A program made the position numbers and the translations under genes. The notes beneath the pieces were generated by a model that saw only the letters and a list, made by a program, of their open reading frames with translations, did not search any database and was not told the DNA's origin. Below, one piece after another: positions 10,571 to 23,764 of a DNA stretch of 64,000 nt. The stretch's first letter is position 1. Every line of letters begins with the position of its first letter. Origin of the DNA: the human T2T-CHM13v2.0 reference genome, Homo sapiens. Where the stretch lies: the NCBI RefSeq assembly GCF_009914755.1, contig NC_060932.1; one strand, written 5' to 3'.

Positions 10571-13540
10571 TAGGTCCTGGAATAAAGGGGCGGGTGAGGG
10601 CACAAAGGAAGGATTTGTTAGCTCTCCATTGACTATGACATAGCATGGTTGGGAGAGGCTCTGTAGAGGAAGTGATGCTAAATGTGTCTTAAGCCATGTG
10701 TAGACTTGGGCTCAGAGGGAAATGATGAGGAAATCAAGGGTCAGAATGATTGTGATCAGGCCAAGGTCATGTGGCAGGTCTCCTGATTCCTGTTTGGGGA
10801 CAATTTTTCCCTTGTCCCAGTAGACAATTTAACATTTTGGTTAAGAGAGAGGAGGACCCTGGGGCCAGATAGAGCTGGGTTCATTTTCCAGCTCTACCAT
10901 TTCTGAGATAGATGATTTCACATTCTGGCTCTACCATTTCTGAGATAGATGATTTTGGGTAACTTACTTAGTTTCTCTGTACCTAAGCTTCCTCATTCAT
11001 AAAATGGGGAAAATGACATTGATCTCACAGAGTTGTTATGAAATTAAATGAGATGATGGGCAGAGGTTCTGGTATACCACTTTATAAAAGAATGCTGCAG
11101 AGATAAAGACAGCTTAGAAATACTTGCCATAAGGCTTTCTGTTTTAATCAGGGTGGGAGATTTAAACTAAAGGATGTTTTATCAGCTTCCTTTGCTAATT
11201 ACTCTACTGCTGAATTTGTAGTGGGATGGATGGTTTTGGGCATCAGTCATGTATACCCATGAACCCTATATCTCGTGGAGACCACCTGCTTCCCTTCTGG
11301 AATTATCTCACCCCAGAGACTGCCACCACCAACAGCTTCTTGGGGTCCCCACTCTGGGCTGCTCTCTGTCTGTTTCACAACCCACTGCAAATGGTGGGAG
11401 AGCCTGTGGGCTGAGGAGATTTGGTCACTTTGTGCATATCTCTAAGTTCCTGTTTCTCTGGGCTGGGACTGAGCCCATCCACATGCCCATTTAGATGATG
11501 AGGAAAAATGGAGGGTGTTGAGCTGGATTTAAGAAAGTGCTCCTCTGAGCATCTGTGATGTGCCAGGCCCTGTTCTGGGCTCTGGGAATTAGGGATGAGC
11601 CAGCCATGTTCCTCTTTCTTCCCAGAACTCAGAGCTTGCTGCAGGAGGTGGACTTGCAAATGGATGTTTTCAACACAAGATGGAGAGCGTAGCAGCAGAA
11701 CAAACCCAGGGCTCCAGGGAAGCACAGCTTAGCTTTGGGCTCAGGGAATGACGCTCAGGGTGAGTTTGAGCTGAGTCTTCTAGCATAAGTAGGAGTTTGC
11801 CAGATAAAGACAGAGGGGAAAAAGCATCCCAGATGGAGGAAGCAGCATGAGCAAAGGTGGGGTGAGGAAACAGCTCAGCCTGTGCAGTGTGTGCCAGGAG
11901 CTTGGTGTTGCTGCGCAGGGAGTCTGAGTCAAGGGAAAGGTAAAGCCAGCAGAGTAAGCAGGAGTGTAGACCACATCGTCATCCAAAGGACTGAAGAACA
12001 GAGGGACCTGGCAGATGGGTGGTAGAGTAGATGCAGGGTGTAAGAGATTTCTGTGACCCTGGCCATGGGTCACCATAACAGGTGATGATTTCTGCTTTCT
12101 TGGCCTCCAGGAAAGGAGAGTTTAAGGAAGTTTGCAGCATCATATGGGTCTGTTTAATTCTGAAGCCCACTAAGGTTTCACCATCGGGTTACATTCTATT
12201 TCTTACCAAACCTAACAGAAGATTTTATCATGTTGCTTCATAACGTATGGTGGGACACAGAGGAGGCTGATAAACCATACTGAGTGCGTGAGTAGGGGAT
12301 GGGGGAGAGGAAGAGAAGATGGGGACATCCTATCCTGTGCTGCATGACTCCAAGAGGTGATAGTCAGGGTCTGGGGAGAGCATGTGTGGTTTGTGTGTAT
12401 GTGTGAGGGTCTAGGGATAAGGCCAGTGATGGGCTCAGAGGAGAAGTTTGGTAAGCATTTGGAAATCCTTTCTACTCTTCCAGATGAATGAAGAAGTGAA
12501 TCCAAACCTGGAAGTGGATATTTTTAAAAAAGTCCCATCATCATTTTGGGAGCTGAGATGTCCCAGTGTCACAAAAGAGAATTTCTCAATGAGGAACTGA
12601 CCAGCGAGGGAGAAAAATACCCTTTAAAAACACTTCCTGCTAGAAGTCAAATGGTGGGCAAGCAAGAGTTGCACCATCAATGCAGCATTCTTCTGGGTTC
12701 ATTTTCTGACTTTGGAAGAGGTTGGTTTCTACAAATGCAGCGTTCTGCTCCCGGATCACCAGCTTCCCCAAACTCTAGCGACAGGAGTTGAAACTTTCAG
12801 TGGATCAGTTTGTGCAGGGCCTGTGCTGGCATCAAAGGGTTGCCTGATGATGAATCTGCAGGGAACGAGGAGGGAGGGAAGGGCTTCCCCAGTCGTGCCA
12901 GAGGCAGAGTGACCCAGGACATAATAAGTCATGCATTGCATTCCTCTGCCACCATGCAGACTTGTGGTGGCCATTCCAAACCACTGGAGAGAAATTCCAT
13001 TTTATTCTTAGTGATTTTTGCATGGGAGACAGCTGACGTTCAGGTCCGGGCTCATAATCTTCCACTTTCGTCGATCCTGCAGGAAGAGCGGGCTTTGGCC
13101 AATGGCCATTAACCTCCCGCTGCCTGGCAGACCTTTTGTAAGGCTCAGGGATGAACGACAGGATGGCTGAGGGAATGGCCTTTGAGTTAGACCTCCCCCG
13201 ACACCCCGGGGAGCCCAGGCTCTCCCCTCACCAGTTGTGTCACTTTGGGAAAGCTATTCACCTTCCTCAGCTTCGGTTTCCATATCTGAAAAAGAGTACC
13301 CATGCTCATCTCATAGGGAGTAAGTGATACCATGATAGTACAGTGCTTGAGGCATGCTCAGTGCACAGTAAGAGCTCCAGAGGAGGCTCCGTGCATGCTG
13401 TGTTCATGACGACACTACATATGCCCAGATTGTGTTCACACAGGCGCATGCCAAGAATCCATCAGCGTTCTCAGTCTGGGGGGGAGGTAGACATGGGGTG
13501 TTTTGGGAAAACAAGGAAGAGATTCCTAACTCACTTTCAG

Positions 13541-14135
13541 ATGTGTGTGTGTGTGTGTTTGTGAGGATGTGTATGTGTTGACTGGTGTGAGCATAAGTGC
13601 ATGAGTGGATGTGTGTGTCTGAGCATAGGTGTGTAAATATGTGTGTGACAGAGTTGAGTGTACGTGGTGTGTGTGAATGTGAGTACAGGTATCTGTGTGA
13701 GGGTGTGCATGTGTTGGGTGTGTGTATGTGTGTGTAAATGTAGGTGTCTACATGTTGGGTTGAGCCTAAGTGTGAATAATATGTGCGTGTGAGAGAGTTG
13801 AGTGTATGTGGTGTATGTGCGAGTGTGTATGTAAGCGTGAGTTAAGCCTGTGTGGTCTGTATGTGTGAGGGAGAGTCGTGTGTGTGTATGAGAGTTGTGT
13901 GCGGGTGGCATAGGTGTCTGTGTGTGTGTGCAAGTGTGTGTGAAAGTTAGGTGTGAGGGGCTGCGTGTGTGTGTGACAGGTGTGAGAGGGGGCTGCATGT
14001 AAGTGTGAGAGTTAGGTGTAGAGGGGCTGCTTGTGAGTGTGCAAGTGTGTGTGAGGGTCAGGTGTGAGGGGGCTGCGTGTGAGTGTGTGTGTAAGGGTCA
14101 GGTGTGAGGGGGGCTGCGTGTGAGTGTGTGTGCGA
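13541..14135. repeat. Degenerate (TG)n tract grading into a ~35-40 bp minisatellite
   Basis: About 600 bp of GT alternation. The unit AGGTGTGAGGGGGCTGCGTGTG.GTGTG recurs about 5 times at 13950-14135. Confidence 0.9.
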
Positions 14136-14792
14136 AGGCTTTTAGGCGCCTTTGGCGCTTGCTTGTGCCGAGTTGAGGATGGAACAGTTTGCAGAGCATG
14201 CACGCTAGGAGGCGTTAGGGGATGCCTGACAAGCATTTATTCATTCAGTCATTCAGCAAATACGTATTTGGGGTCTAGTCTGTGCTGGGTTTTGCGCCAT
14301 GCAGTGGGGACATCGCTGGTTACTGCACACCTTCTTTGCGGTTCTTCTCCGTGGCCCGCCTGGCTCCATTCCTAGCCTGCTTGGAGCCCTGGAGGCTGAC
14401 CCTGCCAGCTGTGCCCCCAGGCTCCCTGTCACTGTCTTCTGGTTGAGTCGGGTCTGTCGAGGGCTCTGGCAGGAGACCAAAGGGCAAAGGGAGAGGGAGG
14501 TTCACATCTTGGGCAGCAGCTGGGCCCCTCCACAACTGCGGTTCCTGCCCCTCTTCTGAGTCTCCAGTAACACTATCTCCTCCCCTTGCTCCTTCAGCTG
14601 AGTGAGGGGCCCCCACTTGGTATTTCTGGGAGCCCCAGCATCCAGAATGGTTCTTTCATTACATGATCTTCATTTGCACAGTCTGGGGTGAACTCTTTTT
14701 TCTGCTGCATCCTTGCGGACACACCTAGCAACGCGCTTATCATTGGTTGTTCAATTAGGCTTGAGTGTCTTTCTTGGGATGAATTCCCAGCC

Positions 14793-14866
14793 TCCCCTTC
14801 CCCTTCCTCTTCCCCTTCCCCTTCCCCTTCCCCTTCTCCTTCCCCTTCCCTCCCCTCCCCTCCCTT
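14793..14866. repeat. (CCCTTC)n-type polypyrimidine tract
   Basis: CTCCCCTTCCCCTTCCTCTTCCCCTTCCCCTTCCCC... read directly. Confidence 0.9.
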
Positions 14867-15224
14867 CGTTTCTTTTCTGCCGTAAAAGGAGCAAATCAGC
14901 AGACTGGAGACTCTGAGGTTTGCTTTAATTCTGAAAATTCTAGATTTGGCTTTCTATTCTCTTGCCTGCTCTGGGATGGGGGCTCTGCTCTTGGTGGTTC
15001 CAGAATGCTCTTTACTTTGGGGAGGAGGAGGGGGAAGATCAACATCTGCATCCAGCTGTGCCCTGCCAGGGGCACCCGCGGGCAGCTGTCAGCAGCCTGG
15101 CAGTTCCTCCTTCGGAACCATTTTGCCTCCCCCAGCCTCCTCCCACTATATTCAGCTGCTTTCTGCATCATCCCCTTGGCACCCCCCCACCCCCGACTGC
15201 CAGAGGGCCAAAAGGAGCCTTCTA

Positions 15225-16200
<976 letters not shown>

Positions 16201-16849
16201 CCTGCCACCCCTGCCAGCACCAGCATATCTGCAGCACAGCATGACATAACGCAGGGTCCACACGAGGTGTTGGTTGCTGTTCTTGTAATCAGCAGCGTTG
16301 TCATCACCCCAGCAATGTGCGAACTTGCGGAAATTATTTTTTCTGTCCAAGGTTCAGGTTCTCCATCCATAAGCTGAGGGTAATAATATCTACCTTTTAG
16401 GGCTGCTGTGGGGATTTATGCTGCTCAGGTATGTAATGCTCACAGAAAGTGAATATGATAACTATGATTCCCATTTTAAGGATGAGGAAACTGAGGCTCC
16501 ACTTAACTGAGGCCATACCTTGCCCATCTGATTCTAAACATTCAGGCCTATCAGAAAGGAATGCCCCCAAATCTGGGGCTAACATAGAGATGTATCATGT
16601 CTGTGTTTTATGTTCCTTTGTGGCTAAGGTGAGCTCAAGATCCTTTTCTTCTAGTCCAGTAGATTCTAGGTTCTTAACCCCAGTGATCAAGGAAAGCCCA
16701 GAGTCCTACTTCTTTGACCACCACAAGCTCATCATTCTATCCTGTTGGCTCTGAAATCAGTTAATCACATCAAGAGGGACAGATTCTCCTTCGCTGTGCT
16801 CTGTTCCTCACAGAGAGCATCATGGAGATGAAAAGACACTATAATAATG

Positions 16850-17060
16850 GCAATTGATTCTGTAGTTTCTTGAGTCAGACACCATGCAAAGCGCCTTCTA
16901 CATGCTATCCCATTTAACCCACAGAACAACCCTATGAGATTAATGTCATTCTCATCTGCATGCTACAGGTGAGGAAATGGAAGTTTAGGAAGGTTAAATA
17001 GTTTGCCCAAGGTCACGTCCCTAGTGAAGGGCAGAACCAGGTTTGAATCTAAGATTTGAT
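16850..17060 (-). mobile_element. MIR
   Basis: AACAACCCTATGAGAT ... ACAGGTGAGGAAATGGAAG ... TTGCCCAAGGTCAC ... GCAGAACCAGGTTTGAAT. Confidence 0.8.
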
Positions 17061-17314
17061 AACTTAGGTGTGTGCTCCCTCCACGGATCTCCTGTTAATT
17101 CTTCTATTCCATGTCCAGCTTGGTCATGGAATATTCATGCATGGAATAATTAATTAATTAGATGACGAATTAATTTATTTGGCTGAATGAATGGCACTGA
17201 CTTGGAACTACGGGGAGAATAGAATAGGTCAGAGAAAGAATGACTGATTGGAATCAGGTGAGTCTGGAAGGAGGCTGGGGCTTCTGGGCTTGCTATCAAT
17301 GTGGTCCTAGGCAA

Positions 17315-17610
17315 AGTGGCTGGCAGGATGGAGACCCCCCCAGGAGACGTCCACACCCAAATACTTGGAACCTGTGAATGTGTTATCTTATGTAGCAGAA
17401 AGGACTTTGCAGATATAATTAAGGTTATGGATCTTGAAGTGAGAAGACTATCCTGATGGGCTCGATGGAATCACATGAGTCCTTACAAGTGGAGACCCTT
17501 CCTGCCCATGGTCAGAGGGAGAGATGCCACGAGAGAAGAAGAGTCAGAGAGAAAGACTCACCTGGCCATCGTGGGCTTTGAAAATGGAGGGAGAGGAGCG
17601 TGGGTCATGG
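17315..17610 (+). mobile_element. MaLR LTR fragment, MLT1C/D-like
   Basis: GGAACCTGTGAATGTGTTATCTTATGTAGCAGAAAGGACTTTGCAGATATAATTAAGG ... ATCACATGAGTCCTTA. Confidence 0.75.
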
Positions 17611-18501
17611 GGTGCAGATGGCGTGGTTCCCTGGATCAGGGCTTCGAGTCAGGAATCACCAGCTTTGGGTCCTCCCAAGCTGCATTCTGCCATTGTCACA
17701 CCTCTCTAGCTGTACACCCAGGGAGAGGCTGCCCACTTTTTCTTTGTGTCGTCGAGGAAGGTTTTTCTTTCCTTTCACCTCTCACTTGCCACGTGACCTG
17801 AGCTAAATGACTTTTTCTGTTTGAGTCCCTTTTCCTTGTCAGCAAAATAAAGATGTGCTCTGGACAACCTCTCAGACATCCTTTAGCTCTAAGATTCTGT
17901 GGGTCTGTGTGTTTCCAAGAAGAAAAATCAACCCCTAAACAAAAACCAAACTAAAAGCAAAAGGATTGACATCACTACCTTAGAAAAATAAGAGCTAACC
18001 TTTACTGTCTAGAAACCAGACCCTGTTCATTTAACAGCTCATTTAATCCCCTAAAAGGTAAGTGCTATTCTTATTCCTGGGCACAGAGAGGTGAGGTGTC
18101 TAGCCTCAGTCACACAGTGTGAACGTGGCATGGCTGGGCTTCACCCTTGGTAGTTGTCCTCCACAGACCATGCTAATAACCAAGAGCATTGGACCATTTC
18201 CATGTTCATTCCTCCATCCTTTGGGTTATCCTGAGTCATCACCAAGAGCTTACACCCATCTCTTGCTTACACCCATCTTGTCTTGGCTTTAACTCTATTT
18301 TCCTAGTATCATCAGGTCACACTTTTATGTTTCCTGGAAATCCGGAACTGAGCTGGAAGAATATTCAGAGATGCTTAATACTCATGTCTTCATATTGTTG
18401 GATGATATGTGGGTCCCCTATTCTAAGAGATTTCAATCATAGCTGATATTTATTGAATACTTACTATACACTGGGTCCATCCTTAGAACTTTATGTGTGT
18501 G

Positions 18502-18773
18502 ATGGACATAAAGATGGAAACAATAGCCACTGGGGACTATTGCAGGGGGTGGGGAGGGAGGGGAGTGTGGATTGAAAAAACTGCCTATTGGGTACTATGC
18601 TCACTACCTAGGTGATGGGATCCATATCCCAAACCTCAGCATCACACAGTTATACCCATGTAACAAACCTGCACAGGCACTCCCTAATCTAAAATAAAAT
18701 TTGAAGAAGCCCCAGTTGCCTAACGGATAAGGCATTGGCCTCCTAAAATAAAATTTGAAATTACAAAAAAAAA
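18502..18773 (+). mobile_element. Old primate L1 3' end (L1PA13-17-like), 5'-truncated, inserted in a MIR
   Basis: ATGGACATAAAGATGGAAACAATAG ... CCTATTGGGTACTATGCTCACTACCT ... CCAAACCTCAGCATCAC ... CATGTAACAAACCTGCAC ... AATAAA and an A tail. Degenerate AGAACTT..ATGTGT flanks. Confidence 0.85.
18709..18746 (+). pseudogene. Tailless retropseudogene of the 5' half of tRNA-Arg(CCT)
   Basis: GCCCCAGTTGCCTAACGGATAAGGCATTGGCCTCCTAA matches 36/38 nt of the remembered human tRNA-Arg-CCT 5' end and stops just past the CCT anticodon. Flanked by CTAAAATAAAATTTGAA at 18689-18705 and 18743-18759. Confidence 0.85.
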
Positions 18774-19101
18774 GAACTTGACATGTGTTAACACTTTTAC
18801 TTCTCACTCCCACCCTGTCTGATGAGGTGGGCCCTCCTGTCATCACATTCTGCAGATGAGGAAATGGAAGCATGGAGCATGGCTGGGATAATGTGCCCAT
18901 GTCACACAGAGAACGTAACGAGGCATTCCTGGGATTCAAACCCAGGCTGTCCGCCCACAGGCACTAGGCTTCTCCCCACTTCACTTTACTGTCTTTTTCA
19001 AGATAGCCTCTTCTGCATAGTAATTCTATGAAACGTTTTTAGAGACTCTGTAATGAAAGGGTTCCATGGTTAAATAAGTTTGTATGAGTAGGGTTAAATA
19101 A

Positions 19102-19562
<461 letters not shown>

Positions 19563-21572
19563 TGAAAATTGGCTCTAGAGGCATTCTAGGTGGGAAGATT
19601 TTTAGACGAAGGAGTCATAGCTCCAGTTTCTGTTTAGTTCTCAGTCCTCCATTCCAATTGTCCTCCAAATACCCCATCATCTCCCCACTAATGACTGTGC
19701 TGGCCCTGCTGTGCACCTGGCGTGCATTCAGGGAATAACAAGCTTATGTACTGAGTTTCCAGAAAGCGCAGTGCACTTTTAGTGCGCCAAACTGGTAATT
19801 TGCCATTTAGAGAATTCTTCCTAAAGTAGATTATTTCTGTTAAAGCAAATCACTATTCCTAACTGATTTATAATTTTGGTAAATCTAAATTTTCATGAAA
19901 TAGGCTTATAAAGCGTGCCACATTTCTGTTTTCTCCTATGGACAGGAAGAAAAAGTTGGATGGGGACAGAAGGACAGAACAGGGTGCGGAAACCATAGGA
20001 TAAAAGCTGTGGGTTTTCCCCCAAAAGTTGCTCAAAAGAATAATATGACTTCTGCTTTTCTTCTCCTCTGGGTGGCAATTGGGGAATCCAGCAGCCTGTT
20101 GAGAGGACAGAATTGGTTAAGTTGTGGAGAGGTGCAGTCTAATTGTTAAATCTTTAAAAGTCTTGGTTGTCTAACCTGCTGGTTTTCTTGCTCACAGCCC
20201 CTGCAGATATCTTCTCAGCCTACCTTAACGCTGGCATGCAAGGTTTTTCTCTTTGCTGAGTGTCATTTGGTTAATTTCCATGTTCAATTCTACGCTGTCC
20301 ATGATTACCAAGCACCTACTATGGTCTTGCTTTGAGTCAGGCACTGTGGCTTTAGTAATCCTTATAATTCACACATTCATTCATTCATAAGGTCCTGGAG
20401 ATGCAGAAATGAGTGAAGCATGATCTCTGCTTTGGAGGAGAACTCAATGGATTAGACACAAATAAGCCAAATAGAGAGTCGGTCTGAGCTTGTGGCAGAA
20501 TTTAACGGGCAACAGGGATGGGGAAACACAGAGGTTTGAGAGATCATAACCATGTGCTGGGATAGTTTGGTCTGGAAAGTTTTCTAGATGGAAGGGGCAA
20601 CTGAGTCGGGCTTTGAAAGATGAGTAAGATGTAGTTATACAGAGAAGTTGGTAGAAAAGACCTGGTAGAAGAAAATTCCTGAGCAAGGAGAAGGACTTGA
20701 GGATGTCTAGAGGGTGTTATTAGTTTGTCAGTGGCAAAGGGGCACTAGACCTAAGTTCTTTGGCTTTTTCTGTGACAACTGGTGACCTTTCCTATGTTAG
20801 ATCCTCTCCTAACATCTGACGGTAATGGAAATCTTTCTAGGTAGAGAGTTTCTAAACAGCCCAGGTAAGTCATTTAACTTTTGGTACCTCATTCTTTTTT
20901 TTTTTTAAATCAGCAGAAGGGAGACAAAGGACTTAATTTCTGAGGTTAAGGTAAGAATTATAAGTGAATGATGTATATAAAGCTTTAGAACTGTGGATGA
21001 CACCTAGTAAGTGGTCATTAAATGTTAGTTATTATTATCATTATTACTACTATTCTGGAATACAGGAGGATTTCAGCAAGTAGTTAACCATGAGAACTCT
21101 AAGGGTAGGCACACTTAGTTATTTCTGCATCTTCTGCACATGCCAGTTTGTGAGCTGGTAGCTTTCAATAGATGCCTTTCAGATGACTTGAGTGGTTCAA
21201 TAAATCAGTATGAGAGAAATATCCCTTTTCTCTAGGAAGCTCAATGCACTGGTTTCGCTTATTCTTGAGGTTCTAGACACAAGATCCTGGCCTGGGTGGG
21301 AAGACCCCCATGCTATTGGGCCAACTCTCTAACTTCATGTGTATCCTCTGTGAGTTCCTCTCGGGTAAAGAACATTTGACCCCTGTTTAGAAAGATTGCC
21401 TTTCACAATCTCCCAGTTCTCTAGATGGGACTTGCTGAGCTGACAGAATGTACAGAGAAGAACTAACTATTTTTAGGGTGAACTAGAAAGATTAGAACTT
21501 TGTTCTCTTCTCAAATAGCAAACCTCCAACCTGTGAAAATCCAGAGAGGAGTTATTGAAGAGTCGGAGGTAG

Positions 21573-21896
<324 letters not shown>

Positions 21897-22192
21897 TATT
21901 ATTATTTTTTTGAGACGGAGTCCCACTCTGTTGCCCGGGCTGGAGTGCAGTGGCACGACCTTGGCTCACTGAAACCTCCACTGTCCTGGGTTCAAGAGAT
22001 TCTCCTGCCTTAGCCAACTGAGTAGCTGGGATTACAGGCACCTGCCACTGCACCCAGGTAATTTTTGTATTTTTAGTAGAGACAGGGTTTCACCATGTTG
22101 GCCAGGCTGGTCTTGAACTCCGGACCTCGTGATCCATCCTTCTTGGCCTCCCAAAGTGCTGGGATTACAGGCATGAGCCACCACGCCCGGCC
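21897..22192 (-). mobile_element. AluS (Sg/Sc-like)
   Basis: Antisense Alu with GACCTCGTGATCC. TGTTGCACTCTT target duplication (21582 and 22193) brackets both Alus. Confidence 0.9.
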
Positions 22193-22952
22193 TGTTGCAC
22201 TCTTACTGCTTAAAATTCTCGCATAAAAATAATAACAGATTCCTGGTGATGGAGTGTCTTCTCTGTGTCAGGCCCTAGGTGCATGCTTTACACATACATT
22301 ATTGTTCCATGCTTACAGCAACTTCATGAGATTGGTTTAATTCTTCTCTTTTGCAGATAAGAAAATCGAGGCATGGAAACAATGCTGTCCACAGCCACAC
22401 CGAGGGGGCAAAGTAGAGCTGGAATTCCAACACTGGTCTGTCCAGCTTCAAGACCCAACCTCTCTATGAGGATGAAAACCTAATGAAACAAATCAAAACA
22501 GATGAAACAACCTCAGCCTACAGGCTAAAGAATGCGCTCACTCACTCAAGTCATAGTGAAGATGTGGAACACATCATTTTGCTGGTACAGAGGCAGATTC
22601 ACAGATGAGAATGTCAGGGATTCTGTCTCAGAGGCGCTCGTGTCCTTACAAGGGAGGTGTAAGGACTACCTTGTTTTTCATCTGCCCATCTTCTTCATTT
22701 CATATTGGGATTTCCCCTTCCCAGTTCACATGCCAACTGGAAGGTTTGCGAGTCCAAATCCCAGCACTCATCTGGCAAAGGGGTGAATGTTTGACTCATA
22801 TTGGAAAATTAGACTATAGGAAAGTAAATGATGACCCCCTAATCTGAAAATGGCTAGAGCGGATTAATCCAGCTAGCAGCACCCTGAAGATAGCTGCCCA
22901 TTTGTTCCTGCCATCTGGCTGTTCAGCTTTCCTTCTTTCTGAGAGCTTCCTT

Positions 22953-23347
22953 GTGGCAGCTACTGTAGGTTGGTTCACTCAGCGCCCATTCCATTTCCCG
23001 TCAAGCCGTGCTTTCTCTGCTCTAGAACGTGGAAGACTCAAAGCTCGCTTTCCCAGACTTCCTTGCAGCTAGGAGTGGCCATGATACTTGACCAGCGAGA
23101 TGCAAGTGTAAGTCTGCTGGGGCTGTCTATCCCCTTTCTCCTTCTTCCTACTGGAATGTGGACCTGATGGTTGTAGCTGTGGCATATACCTTATGAGCAT
23201 GAGGGAAAGCTTAAGAGAATTGCGGGCACCAGCCTGACACTGCTTAGTGACGTCAGGCAGGCACAAACTTCCCTTTGGGCTCCTTGCTGAAGAACTCCAT
23301 AGTGGTTTCTGTTACTTGTGGCCAAATTTACCTCTTCACTGATACAT
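22953..23347 (+). mobile_element. Old MaLR LTR (MLT1I/J-like)
   Basis: TTTCCCAGACTTCCTTGCAGCTAGGAGTGGCCATG ... AAGTCTGCTGGGG ... TTTCTGTTACTTGTGGCCAAA ... ACTGATACA. Confidence 0.65.
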
Positions 23348-23678
23348 GATCTGCACATTTTCTTTGCACTTTTATAAACAGGGTGTATGCTTGAGGTAGG
23401 CAGAGTTTCTGTTTGCAACTAAGAAACCTTAATTGATATAAGGAAAGGAAAATAATATTATGATGATACAAAGCAAACCATAACACCATCCAGAATAAAA
23501 TATGTTCTGGCAGGAGGACGGTCGCAATACAAGTTCATGTAGACGTAGTCTGTCACATTTTTAAGTTTTCTCACAATGTTTTCCTTTGACTGTCCCAGAT
23601 ATCCTATAAAGTAAGAATTATTTTTATCCCCATCTTAAAGGTTAAAAAAATCTCAGAGTTTAAGTGCTGTGGAAATTA

Positions 23679-23764
23679 TTAGATTGGTGCAAAAGCAATT
23701 GTGGTTTTTGCCATTTCTTTTAATTTTAATGGCAAAAACCGCAATTGCTTTTGCACCAACCTAA
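23679..23764. mobile_element. MADE1 (Hsmar1-derived MITE; miR-548-type hairpin)
   Basis: 37-bp terminal inverted repeats (23679-23715 and 23728-23764, 35/37 complementary) with a 12-nt spacer and TA on both sides. Confidence 0.95.

Noticed and set aside
13537-13998. 153-aa His/Thr-rich ORF
   Set aside because: It is the translation of the (CA)n strand of a simple repeat.
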